Below the pieces are notes generated by a model. That model had not been told where the DNA came from. It ran no database searches and saw only the letters and a list, made by a program, of their open reading frames with translations. A program made the position numbers and the translations under genes. Positions 41,156 to 54,156 of a stretch of 63,885 nucleotides of DNA are shown here, piece by piece (position 1 is the first letter of the stretch; each line of letters begins with the position of its first letter). Source of the stretch: Trichoplax adhaerens (Eukaryota > Animalia > Placozoa); NCBI RefSeq assembly GCF_000150275.1, contig NW_002060948.1, positions 3,113,183-3,177,067 on the forward strand. The letters run 5' to 3'.

Positions 41156-44100
41156 ATGCAGCGTGTACAAAGTCGACGATCGGAAGTCAGCGAATCTGAA
41201 GTTGATGGCTTGGGTACGAGATAATAATAATATTTCACATATAATTTAAACATCAATTCAATTATAAGCATTAGCTGTCACATATACGTGTATGGTGTAG
41301 AATAAAAATTAGGATGATAGTTATCGGTCGTGTATAGCTTTCCCGCCCCCCCCCTACTTTTTGGTTTAACGTTTATTACCATGTAGATATGATAAATGAT
41401 AAAATAGTTTATTGGTATGTGTAGCTCAAATACAAGTTAAAATAGATTGTAAAAATAATTGTTGTTGGACGATCAACCTCCTCTTTCCTTGCCTAATATT
41501 AGTAGTTAAGAATATTATACGCTTTTGGAATGTCAAAATTAAAAGTATTAGATTACGTGAAGGATATGCACAGGTACTTATAGATTATTTACATTGAGCA
41601 GTTGAACAAGAATTGGCCAAGTTACAACGCCAATATAGGATCATGGAAGGAGATCGTAAAGCCTACAGTGAAGAATCACAAAATTTGATTCGAAAACAGA
41701 GGTAACTTAATATTTCCTTCATTCTCTGTTGTGGAATTTGCTATCCACTATATTATTCATCCAATTCATTAGAAGTGATCCAAACTAAGGCAATATTTTG
41801 TTATATATACGTCTGCAGAGCTTCTATCCTAGCTCTTCAAAAGGAAAATGAGATGCTAATGAAGGATTTCAAGATCGCTGCTGGCAAACAAAAAGAAGCT
41901 GTTGTAAGTATTTTAATACTAGTGATAATCATTATTAGGTTCATTCCAATATATTTTTTACATCAGTAGCAACTTAATCAATACTACCGATGCTCTTTCT
42001 GTGATAGGATAATGATTATATCGACAGAATCCGTCAGGAATTAAGCAAAGAAGGTACTGCATACTTGTAGAATATCAAAATTAATCATTACTAATAGAAG
42101 ACATAAAAATTCTCCTCGATACATATAAAATATTTTGTGTCTCCATTTTCGTTTAGATGAATTCCAAGAGATGATAAAAGAAGAAAAAGATCTTCTCAAT
42201 CAACTCACGGGCGAGGTATGTACTATCTTAGTTTATCTCAACCTATCAGACCGTAGTAACGTTCATCACTAAGTAGTTATATAAAGCGCTTTCTAACTGT
42301 TATTCTACATGTAATAACAAACTATAAACAGGTTAAAGCAGTAGAGAAGCAAATCAACGAGCAAAGAAAAAAAATGGGAGGGTAAGTAACAAAGAAATAT
42401 AAATCTTTAGTTATAAGATAAATGATATAACTATTATTTAATATTATAATCGCAATTATATCTAAATTTGTCTCATGATATCGCAATGATACGATAGGGC
42501 TCATATATTCCAAGAACATACAATGAAAACTCAAAAGCAAACTAGAGTCTTACAGAATCGTTTAGATAAAGCTCTAGTTAAATTCAATTCAACTTTAGCG
42601 GATAATGCTAAATTACGTGAAGCAATCGATCATTTGCGCTCTGAGAGGATTATATTTGAAAATATCTACAAAAAACTAGAAAAACAACTCATTGATTATA
42701 AGAGAAAGATTGGCGGTGTAATTGAAGAATCCACTCAAGCTTATGATGCTAGGTATAACATTAACCTTCGACAATTACAATATTGTATCAATTTTACAGC
42801 AACTGATTAATTTATTGACTACTATCAGAGATGAAGCTCAATCAAAAATGATGGCTTTAAAAGAAAAAAATGAGAAAGACCTCGCCCAATACAATCTGGA
42901 ATTGAAGGAACTGATGAGAATTATTGACCATGATCGAAAGTTAAAAAATTTCATGGGCGTTAAAGGACAAGAAAGACTAGAAGAAGAAATTCTATCAGCT
43001 AGAAAGAAGAAAAAATCTGAAAGCGATAAACCGCAAGAAAAAGGCATAGAGGAAACTGTTGAAGTAAGTATAACCTAAGGCTATCGCCCACGTACAGCCT
43101 ATTTTATATTTTAAAATTAATTTTTATTACCTGACTCTGAATAGTCTTATGAAGAAGCCTTCGAAAGAATTAAAGAAGCCACCAGCATTCAGGTAAGGTG
43201 ACATAAAAATGCAAGATGGAATTATTATCTATCAATAAAAATTCTCCAACATAACTCTTAACGAAATTTTACTACATGTCTTACTCGTATTGTAGGACAT
43301 CGATCTTTTAGTCTCTAGATTTATCGAAGTGGAAGACAAGAACTTTGCTCTATTCAATTATGTCAACGAGTTAAATAATGAAATAGAAACCCTCCAAGAA
43401 CAAATTACTGGTGTACGTGATGATATCGAAAAATTTAAAGGCCAAGGAATGGAAATGGAAAATCAAAGGAAAGCCATTTTAAAAGAATTAGAGGTCTTAA
43501 TTAGCTAATGAAATACAAATAACAACCGACAAACTATCACAGCTATTCAAGTCTTGTGATACATTTTACATTTAATATCATACAACAATGAAATATTATT
43601 ACATTTACTTTAGACTGCATATTCATGGCCAACATTTTATGTTTTATGATCTAATCCTAGGGAAAACTTAATATGGTGACTGAAAAAGCGAATCAATTCG
43701 ATAAGCAATATCGATCTACTCAAAAGATCTTGGAACAACTAAAATCAGGTTACTAACTGTCACACTTTACAGCTTTTCATACTATTTTTAATTCCCGATT
43801 GCTAATTCCTGTTACTGTTATTCTGTATTTCAATAAAAATGCGGTATTTGTTGAAATTTTCAAAAAATTTCGTGTATTCTAATCGCAAATTTTATTATCT
43901 ATCTATTTATTTCGATATCTAGGCATCACTTCGCTATTCTCTAAGATTAATTGTGATAAGTCTGCCATTAGCGATATGCTAGGCGGTACCATCGGTGTTA
44001 CGGAAACCAACATGATGCAGGTATTGCCTTAATTCAAACTTGTACTATATATAATGCATGATATGTATTCAATGACATCTCTAAACTAATAATGTAAACA

Positions 44101-45179
44101 TCCTAAATTGAATATATCATTTTTTGGTAATGACAGTACTTAGGTATTGTGGAACAAAGAACAAATGAGCTACTACAAATGCAATCCTTCGTCAGCGTTA
44201 GGGTAAATTTTCAAATTTATGAACTTAAAATGGTGCCAAAGTCGCTGGATATAAGATTTGTTATCATAACTCAACAGACATCAATGCTGAGTCATGTAAT
44301 GTATCTTTGATTGTTTTACATTAATATAGGATAGTGATCGAGTTGATGGTGCCCAAATACCGACACTATTAGGACAAGGACCGCAACAGCCTACTGCAAA
44401 TATAGTCGTTGTTCCACCCACGACTGGGTAAGTAAACTGATTCATAGTTGAAATAGATTTCGTTTCAGAAATAATAGAAATTCTTAACTATAGTCTTAAC
44501 CACTACATCTACGTTACTCATACGAACCAAGTTGTATCGAATTAAAATTTTTACTTGCTATTTGATTTACGTCCGATGGCATTAGAAAAACGGTTATTAT
44601 GTTTGCTTTGACTTGAAAGTTTATTTATTCTTTGTGTTTATTTCTTTGAAAATTTGTTGTAGAGATGACTACGAAAGTGAAGCTTCTACAGAAAGTGACG
44701 ACGATTCACGCCCTCTAACACAAAATGAACTGAAGGCAAAAATTATGAAAGGGGTAAATAACATAATCCGTTTACTTCAATGATGTACATTTAACTTATC
44801 TGCTCCCTTTAACATTTATCAATTACTAACTACTAATTTCATAGTTCAAACAATTAGTTAGTATTTTTTCAAATTTTATATAAGCTAAAATGTTCTTTAT
44901 AAGAATAACTAGTCATATGACTATTTTCTAGCTGTGATACGGTTGCTCACAAGTACTAAATCAGTTTTTACAGTTATTAATCTTCACATTCAGCTCAATA
45001 TTTATCATTTCCATAACTAATAGTTGAGATTTAACTTTCTCATCGTTTAACTTTTGTCAATGCAGATTAGCAAACGTGAAGCTCAACCTAAGACAACAGA
45101 AGCTCCACCATCACCTACTAAGCCGGTAGATAAAAAGAAAAAATCAATGAAGAAGTCAACTAGTACGATTAAAAAGTAA
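41156..45179 (+). CDS. ODAD1: Outer dynein arm-docking complex subunit (ODAD1/CCDC114/CCDC63 family), multi-exon coiled-coil
   Basis: EQELAKLQRQYRIMEGDRKAYSEES, RVLQNRLDKALVKFNSTLADNAKLREAIDHLR, DIDLLVSRFIEVEDKNFALFNYVNELNNE, VTETNMMQ / YLGIVEQRTNELL, DDDSRPLTQNELK motifs; ODAD1 versus CCDC63 not distinguishable. Confidence 0.9.
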
Positions 45180-45947
45180 AATCTGATTCAGTGCAAGCAA
45201 GCATTCATTCCAATAAACGAGAACTGCATGGTACGACTTAATTCCAATATAATGCCATGCAACTTCTGTAAATTATTACGAATATGCTTCTTCTATTAAT
45301 ATTTCATGGCGATGCATTCCAAGTTATGATAATGCTTAACGATATTTGAAATGTACCGGTATGATTATTATAAACAGCCGTCATCTACTTAACAATTTAT
45401 AATCCCTTTTAATGTTGTAATCATTTAATTGAGTATTCAAGACATACGGGTTAATAGCAAGATAAGTTTATTACGCCGTTAAAATAGCCAGTAAAGCTAG
45501 CCATTAGGGTCATTTTAATTCATTAATACACTCTTAATAGTAAAATTGACTAAATACCTGTAGAAATAGTATCTTCTGTTAAAGGATTAAAAAAATGACG
45601 TAACACCACGTATAGTTTGTATTCATTGGAATATCGCTCATTGTTATGTACAAAAATCAATTCAACTTCAGTATCTTGAAAATATAACTGAAGTGGCAAT
45701 TGATATAGCTTAGCTGAATGTATATATATATATATTTCCTTTTGTATTGCACCTTGATCAAGAATTTTAACTCGGTAATTGTTAAATTAACTTGATGCTG
45801 CATTTCCAATGATTATCTAGCCATTTTACATGATAAAAACCGTTTACATTGCTAAAAATTATGTAGCGATGGGTAAATCTTGCAAAAGTCTCCATTTCGA
45901 CGCCATCGAAATATTAAATAATTTGCTATTTGAAAAATACCATTCTT

Positions 45948-48900
45948 TTAACTATCGCCATTTGCGTCTTGCCTAAAAGTGGATATAATGGTATAGAATA
46001 AAATCAAATTGTTTTACTTAAACGTAATATTAACTATGTTCAGTAATGAATGTCTTTAAAATATGCTAGTTTAAATATTAATAGGGTTCTAATGAGGAGA
46101 ATATTTTAAGAGAAATTCATAAACTAGAACATGCCAAGCATGTAGCAATATATCAAACCAACAGATGATATTATAAACAAATTTTTGATATTCTATCGTA
46201 CAGCGATTATACGTTTCCACATTACAGAAAATGCGTAAAACTGATACATATTTCTGAGAATAATAAAATTAGAATAGCTTGATGGTATACAATATATCGC
46301 AATAATAGGGTAATAAGACAAATCTGCAATTGCAACAGCATAAGCATTCCTAACTTCAATATTGATAAGCAGATATAAATTTAAAGTTAGTAATGTTAAA
46401 CGAAACAGATCCATCATTAAAGAATAATTTTTACTCAGGATCTTATTAATCAGAGTATTTCTTAAAAATCTTAATTTATTGAATCGTAGACCAGTAAGAC
46501 ATTAGTAGGAGTATTCAACCAATGTTCACTTTCATATGTTAATTAATTTAGGGTTAATAAAGTGAATCGTACGACTAATAGCAAAATAAAATATGCGAAA
46601 TTGGATTATTGTCTCATCAGAATAACTTACTGATTTTTCTTCTCTTCTTGAGCTTTCTTCATCTTTCTTCTAGCCATAATTAACTGTCGCCATTTTGGCA
46701 TTGCCGACCACTTTGCTTTATCCTCTTCCGTTATAAACTCCTGAAAAAGAATAAATTATATTCCCATGAAATCGTATAATTCTAAATTTGCTAGAACAAG
46801 AATTTTAGATATTTGCATTATAATCTTGCTCCTACTTCTTCTGGATTGGCAGATGCTGCTTTCTCTCTCTCTAATGCTTCCAGGGCTTCTTCCATTCTTT
46901 TTGCTTTTAACTTTTTAAACCGCAATTCTCGGAGAAATTGTGGTACTGGGTTTCCGTGCGAATCAACGCTCGCAATTTCATCTATACTTACTTCTACTAC
47001 GATCTTAGGTACATCCTATCAAATAACGAATCGAACAATACCCATGAAAAATAAACATAACATTTGCCATTAAATCCCAATCCATTCAGGATAATTACTA
47101 TAGACATTTAGCGAAGTTTATAACCAATTTGTAATTGACTAACGCCATAACTTGGTGTAATCATAAAGTACTATAATGTATATATACATCATATTACTAT
47201 ATACTGTAATAGTAAAACGATCACTTTTACTTACATTTTCTGAATTATTGTCAGGTTTTGAAAATGGTTGTTCTACAATAGAAATATTCGTATTATTAGT
47301 ACAACGGATACAAGAGTATATTCTAAATTTGAAATAGTCTGATATAAATTCATGATCAAATCCGCAGGACTTTCGAAAGTTTTACTGTATAAGCTGTAAA
47401 TTATGAATAATCGACAACCATCTTAAACAGCTGCCATTAACAACTGCCTACACTTAATTGAAATATTTTTAAATTAAATACCAGAAGATATTATAAACTT
47501 AAAATATTGCACGTACGCTCTATAGGTACATATAAATGACCCACATTAGTTAATCAAAATTATTGTCGAGTTAATTAATCATGCTAAATTAAGCTAGTAG
47601 AGAACGCAGTATCTTAAGTTATGCTCGTATCAAGTATTAGCGCATCATTTTAATCTTAAATGTTGCTTAAGTGTTCTAAGCAAGTATAGAATGGATTTTG
47701 CTGCTTAGTTCTATCGGTTGCCATCTAATAATTAAAGTCAGTTAAGCGAAAAGAGAACGCAGCAACTTAAAGAATTTTAATATTATATATTCAAGTTCTA
47801 TTGCTGGCCTAAATGCATATCATAAAATGGTGCTCCAGTAGAGAGTCTATGATTTTGGTTCATAATAATAATGCTTAGCCGATTAATGACAAAATCAATT
47901 AAGATGACTAAGATCGTAAGCCTTAAAATATTCTCGTATTAAATACTATTTCATTTTTTCGAGACTAAAATATTGCTAATAAACTGTATATGCGTGCAAA
48001 ATTAATCCCATTGTTTTAATTAAAATTACTAAATAGAGAATGTAGTAACTTAAAAAATTACCATATTAAATACATCATTTTATTGCTGATCTAAATACGT
48101 ATTATAAATGGGGCGCTAATAGAGAATCGATGATTTTGATTTATAATAATGCTTTACTGTTCGTTAAATGACAAAATCAGTTAAGATAACTAAGAACGTA
48201 AAACCCAAAATATTCCCTTGTTAAATACTTATAGTCTATTTCCGACCTAGCTCCATATTATAAATGGTTTACTAGTAGAGAATCAATACTTTTGGTTTAT
48301 GATAATGGTTAGCCATTACATAATAAAATCATTCAAAATCACTAAGAACATAAAACCTTAAAACACTCTCGTCTAATATTGCTTATAGATACTATACATA
48401 CAAAATTAATTATGTTGTCTTAATTGAAACTATCATAGAGACAAACCTTTTGAAGGATCATTCCCTGCAGTTTTCTCGTTTTGTGCTGAAGAACTCAGAT
48501 TAGAAGCAACTATTGATTCTTTTCTTTTACCGTTAGTTACAGCAAAATTTTGAGCTTGCTGATGTGTTGTATTATCATGAGAATTTACAGCTGCTGAATT
48601 CTTGAGCTCATTGCTACCATGAGACTCGCTTAATCGATCATTATAGCCGTTGGCAGCTTGTTGGCTACCACGATTGCTATCTTTTTCAGAGAAAACTTCA
48701 TCTTCTGATTCAGTTTGGATATCAGTACCTTGATCATTAGCTAAATTGATATTAATTTCTATCCCATTTCGATTTCTATCGCTGTATTTTCTATCATGAT
48801 TTTTATTATAATAATCATTATCGCTTAAATGAGAGCTAAGCTTTCTTTCTTTAATTTCCGGCATATCCTTAGCAATCGATGAGCTAATTTTCCGAGCAGC

Positions 48901-51900
48901 GTTGTCTTTACCGTTAGATAGCGTTCGATCTTGTTGCTGATTTGAATTAGTATCGTCCATTTTTTGATATTCACTTGAGCTTAAACGCATTCGTCGAAAA
49001 TCATCAACCGATAACCGTCGATTCCCATTCGTGTTATCACTGATTGAGTCAATTTTCGAAGACTTTCTCTCTGAATCGGTTCGTCGACTTGTATTATTAT
49101 CATCATTGATTGATTTGGTTTTAGAAGACTTTCTCTCTGAATCAGTTCGTCGATTTGTATTATTGTCATCATTGATTGAATTAGCTTTAGAAGACTTTCT
49201 TTCTAAATCGGTTCGTCGACCTGAATTATTGTTATCATTACTCGACACTCTAGTTTTAGAGGACTTACTTTCTGACTTTTTTCTACCGTTGACTTTATTC
49301 TAGTTGCCCCCATCGTAAATGAAAAGTTCAAGAAAAGAAAAAGAAAATGACCGTAGAAAAATACAATTAAGGGAAAATGGTACTGCTAAAATAATGCTGA
49401 ACAAAGTTGATCATTGCTGTCTCGCAAATTAAAATAATTCACAACCTGTTTTAAAGTACTTCTTGTTAAGATATTGCAGCACTCATAATGATGATTATTT
49501 TCAGCAATTTCTATCGCATTTAGACCATCCATATCGCGATAATCTAACATCGCAGAGAAGTTTTCCAGTAACAATTGAAGACACTATCAGTAAAATAAAA
49601 AATCCTTCATTAAAAAGAGGCTAACTTACTCAAATCAATAATTGATATACAATCAATTGGCTAGATAGAATACAAAGTTTCATAAATCTTGTAGGGATGG
49701 TCTATATAGCGTAAGATTATAGTTCTCATATTGTAAGAAACTACTTCAAAATGGTACTAATGTCAAGATTCAAAACTAATGTTAATCATTAAAGGTTATA
49801 CGCACTTTTCGATGTCCATGATGAGCAGCATCATGAATTGGTGTGTTGCCAAAATCATCTGGCTTACACAGAATACCAATGTCTATTAAATATTCTACTA
49901 TTTCTATTTCTCCTATAGCAGAAATATAAATTTTGGATCCCGCGATTAGTTTATATCATTAATAGAAGAATAAACAATGTTGTAAATTCTAAGCGATATT
50001 TGTATAATTTAGATTCTAACTGCAAGAGATATTAAACTTAGTCAAAATTTTAGATTAACTAACCCACAGAGGTTGCATAATGTAAATAGTTGCCACCATT
50101 GTTGTCATCTTGGTTGGCCAAGAAAGATTCCGGATGTAATTGATACTGGTAAAGATGTCGCGAAGAAGAAAGAGAATGAAAAAATTGTAAGCAGACAAGA
50201 AATCTAGGCCCATAAGTTAAAGAAATTAATTCTTACTTTTCAGTATTCAAAATTGAAGATTGTAAGTTACGTGAGATTAGAACGATTGAAGTACTTACCA
50301 GCCATTTAATACAACCAAGATGGCCATTTTGAGCTGCATAATGCCCCGGTGTAATACCTTGGTTACATTTATGTTGACGATAATCTATCTGAATTCCTTG
50401 TGTTAATTGCTGTAGGCATGTTAAATTGCCACCATGAGCTGCTAAATGGACTGGTGTTATTCCTTCTGTCGTTCTCCATTTTGCACAACTAAAAATTAGT
50501 ATTGATTATTTAGATTGTGGAAGAATGACTAACTAACTACTACACGGTGTAAGATCTCAATATGGACTTTGTCTTACAAATAGCATTAAATATCCGATAA
50601 TTCGAAAAATGAAATAACAGGAAAAAGATAACTTAATCAATATCTAAAACCATGGTTATATAGACGGAATTAGATTTCTAGCCTTGATGGTGCAATATCT
50701 AAAGTAAAAGCGTTTACTTCTATCTTATTTATCAACTTAATCCCGATCAATATCTGAAACGATGGTTAAGACGGAAGTAGAAGTCTAGCTTTGATGATAC
50801 AAGATTCTTAACTTTCGTTTAATCTGATTTATCAATCATGATAAAAGTTCATGATGGTTATTCTCAATCTTAAAACAGTGTATTCTGGTAGAATTGCTGA
50901 TTTCGACTAGTGATACAACATGGTATCAGAAAATAAATGATAGTGTTTATTAATAGGAATATGAACTTCTACTCTACCGGGCTAAATTTATCCGTCATGA
51001 ATATCTAAAATTTTGATGACGACGTTTACAAGTAGAGTTGGTAATTTCTTATCAGGATATACGCCGTTGCAAATATAGGATATAATGATGTACTCGTACT
51101 GTATACTGTATAAGCGTATATAGGATCATCGATTAGCTGCGATATCATAGGTTTCTGACAACTACTAAAGCAAGCATAAGGAACTAATTCCATTATTGCA
51201 AGCTTAAATTTACAGATTTAACCATCTCAGGAGTACATTTTCTAGAAATTTGTCGTCTAGCTTATGTTGAAATTTTAGGGTATTAAAAATCGCATAGTTA
51301 AAATAAAATAAAATAATATCCGTCCTAACAGGTTTTAATCCAATAAAATTGGATCAATAATGTCCAATTAAATCGCAAACTCTTCCATTCTTTCATTACA
51401 TCAATCTTAACTTTGCAATCAGATTAAGTGAAGATCACTAAAGATACAACTAGATGAAAAAATCTTTTGATTGGATAACTTGTCATAATTGACATAAATG
51501 AGTTAAATTTCATACATAGTTGGATTATTGCTTTTTATAAGACCCGTCAACGAAAGAAAATCAATACAATCAGCAAGAAAATTATGCCTTGGATCGGATT
51601 TAGTTATCGTATTTTTGGAAACAGATAAGGCAATGAAAAATAAAGATTAATTCAATCTATAGTAAATAAAGTATTTATACGAATCCTTTGTAGATACTGA
51701 TCAATAAAGTGTTATAATTAGTCTACTAAGAACTTCCGACAAATGTGACAATTATTATGCATTATGACCAGCAGAAAATTGTCCAAATTCTACCGTAGGT
51801 AATATTAAAGAAAGAGCGCTTTAGGTTTTTCTTGCTTATGCTATCGCCCAATGACAGCATAATCATTCTGTCGGGTACTATCAAAGTAAATTGCTTACAA

Positions 51901-52625
51901 GAAAGTTCAGTGTCATAGAAGCAATAAACATTTTCGCAATATTGACAAGTTATCCCAAATGATTCAAGTGCTATTTAATCTTAAATTAAGTACTGGTATA
52001 TTGCGTTTAACTTTTTTTTCCTACCTTGGCATCTCTCGTGTTAAGTATTCAACGCAGTCTAAACTACCATGAAGAGCCGCTAGATGGAGCGGAGTAATTC
52101 CATCGATAGTCACAACAGCGTAGGAACAGCCTAATTCTTCCACTAAATATTTCAGTATTTCAATATGATTAAATCTAAATTGAGAGTTTACAGACAAGAG
52201 AAAGAAAAACAACTTTGATGAATATTGATTTAATCTTATTAGTCATAACATTGAAATGGAGACAATATGAAGTACTAAAAAGAGGCAAACCTAGCTGCAA
52301 GATGTGTACAAGTATAACCGTAGTCATCAAACGTAGATCGTAAACGAAAATCTTGTTGCATTAACCATTTTAGACAAGTTAATTGACCACTCGCAGTAGC
52401 ATCATGGGCTGGAGTTGCGCCTGTTTTACTTTTTAAACTTAGATCCACATTACACTCTTGAACAAACCATTTTAAACAGTCTAGCTGGCCGGCACGGCTA
52501 GCATGATGAACCAGACTGGCGCCATAGTCGTCCATAAAACGCAAGACATCGACCTTATTGGATTTTAAAACCCCTAATCTACCTTGACTCGTGGCCGCAA
52601 TTAACATCCGATTATCAGATGCCAT
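45948..52625 (-). CDS. ESPN: Espin/forked-like protein: N-terminal ankyrin repeats, low-complexity linker, C-terminal espin-type actin-bundling motifs
   Basis: N-terminal LVHHASRAGQLDCLKWFV...GATPAHDATASGQLTCLKWL...HLAARF closely follows espin ankyrins; C-terminal DSHGNPVPQFLREL and WSAMPKWRQLIM resemble espin actin-bundling module motifs. Confidence 0.85.
47818..48380. repeat. Degenerate ~130-bp intronic repeat, at least 3 copies
   Basis: ATAAATGG...TAGAGA...TTTTG.TT.AT.ATAATG...AAAATCA...ACTAAGA.C.TAA.CC..AAA block at ~47818-47947, ~48101-48229, ~48257-48380. Confidence 0.75.
49015..49270 (-). repeat. Coding tandem repeat, ~66 bp / 22 aa x ~4, in the espin linker
   Basis: SSKxxSINDDNNTxRRTDSERK repeated. 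Confidence 0.9.
50628..50810. repeat. Imperfect intronic duplication (~75 bp aligned, ~105-bp spacing)
   Basis: AACTTAATC..ATATCT.AAAC.ATGGTTA..AGACGGAA.TAGA..TCTAGC.TTGATG.T.CAA twice. Confidence 0.7.
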
Positions 52626-54156
52626 GATGATGGAAAAACAGATTTAATTCGTCCTTATGTTAATGATGCAATGGATAGGTCCTCAGTCAATTACAGTACT
52701 AAAATATCAGAAGATAGACATCTATCTTGATAAATGTCCTTAGCTCAACTTTTAAATCCAAACTGCAGTACTGTAAAATACAAATAATGACAATTACTCG
52801 AATACTCTAACTATGACACTACAGTACTATTAACAGTAATAGTGAACAATTCTACAGTATACACAATTGATGAAAAATTGTAACATTCAAGAAGAAGAAG
52901 AAATGTCCACACCCTCTATTGTTATGATAACTTTTAATAATGACAATTGTGCAAGCCTATAGATCATAAAATGTTTCAATTACTAAAATAAATGAACTGA
53001 ATAAAATTACAATAATAATTATATATACAATTAGTACAAATGGTTAAAGTAAAAAAATATTGATACATTAACATATGCAGAAAGTTAGTTCAAGAATTGA
53101 TATCAACATCAACTGGGCCATCCAGTATAAAGAGAGTTACTATTCTTTATCGAAGCGGATCGATTTGATTTTATAAAATAGAAAACATCTACAAAACAAT
53201 CTTAATCGAGTGCAATAACTAAAATTTGATGATATTCGAGGTAATAAAAATTAAATGTAGAACATGACATATACATATAGTAGAACTTTACATAAAAATG
53301 TTCTAGGTATGATTACATTAAAACAACAGTTAACCGAACGTGATAGAGATCAAAAATGATGATTGCACAATATCATTTTAGCTCAATATATTATTACATA
53401 TAGATTCCATTACAGTGATTTCTACTACTTTGATTATCGATTTCGACGGAATACTTTTATAAAAAAATGCACTTTACACTTCATATACATATATATATAT
53501 AAATAATATGTAAGGCCATGAAAACGTTATAGACAACTGTTATATCATGTATTTTTAATACGGTTAAAAACACTTCTAATTAAATTGATTATTAATAAAC
53601 AGTTATAATTTACCGGTAGGAACTGCTTGTCATAGGATTATCAACTTTAGGTTATAAATGTGTAATACAAAATATATATTTATAAATTTCATCTATAAAT
53701 AATTTATCATAATGTAAATGGATATTTGATACATTTTATATTATGCTGTATTTTGATATTAACAATCAAGCAAATAGGATTACATGATAAATACAGAAAA
53801 TGAATGTGAGAACCATTACACCATCAATATTAAACTGTCTTATAAACAGTAAGGTATTACAAATTAAATTCTACTTTTGCTATCAAGATAACTTGTTACA
53901 ATCGTTATACCTTTGTGCCAACGAATCATCCAGGTAGTACTATATTATCAATATTTTCTATACATATCGATCGATATAACCTCGTACTGTAGTTACTAAT
54001 ACTACCAGCGATTAGGACCATACCATAGTATACCATGCCAGCCTACAGCATCGATGCCGTATGCATATGAATTGTAAAGGAACTTTTTCGGTTCCAGATT
54101 GCTATGTTCACAGTACTTTGACGTGAATAAATGTATTATTAACGTAACATCACGAT

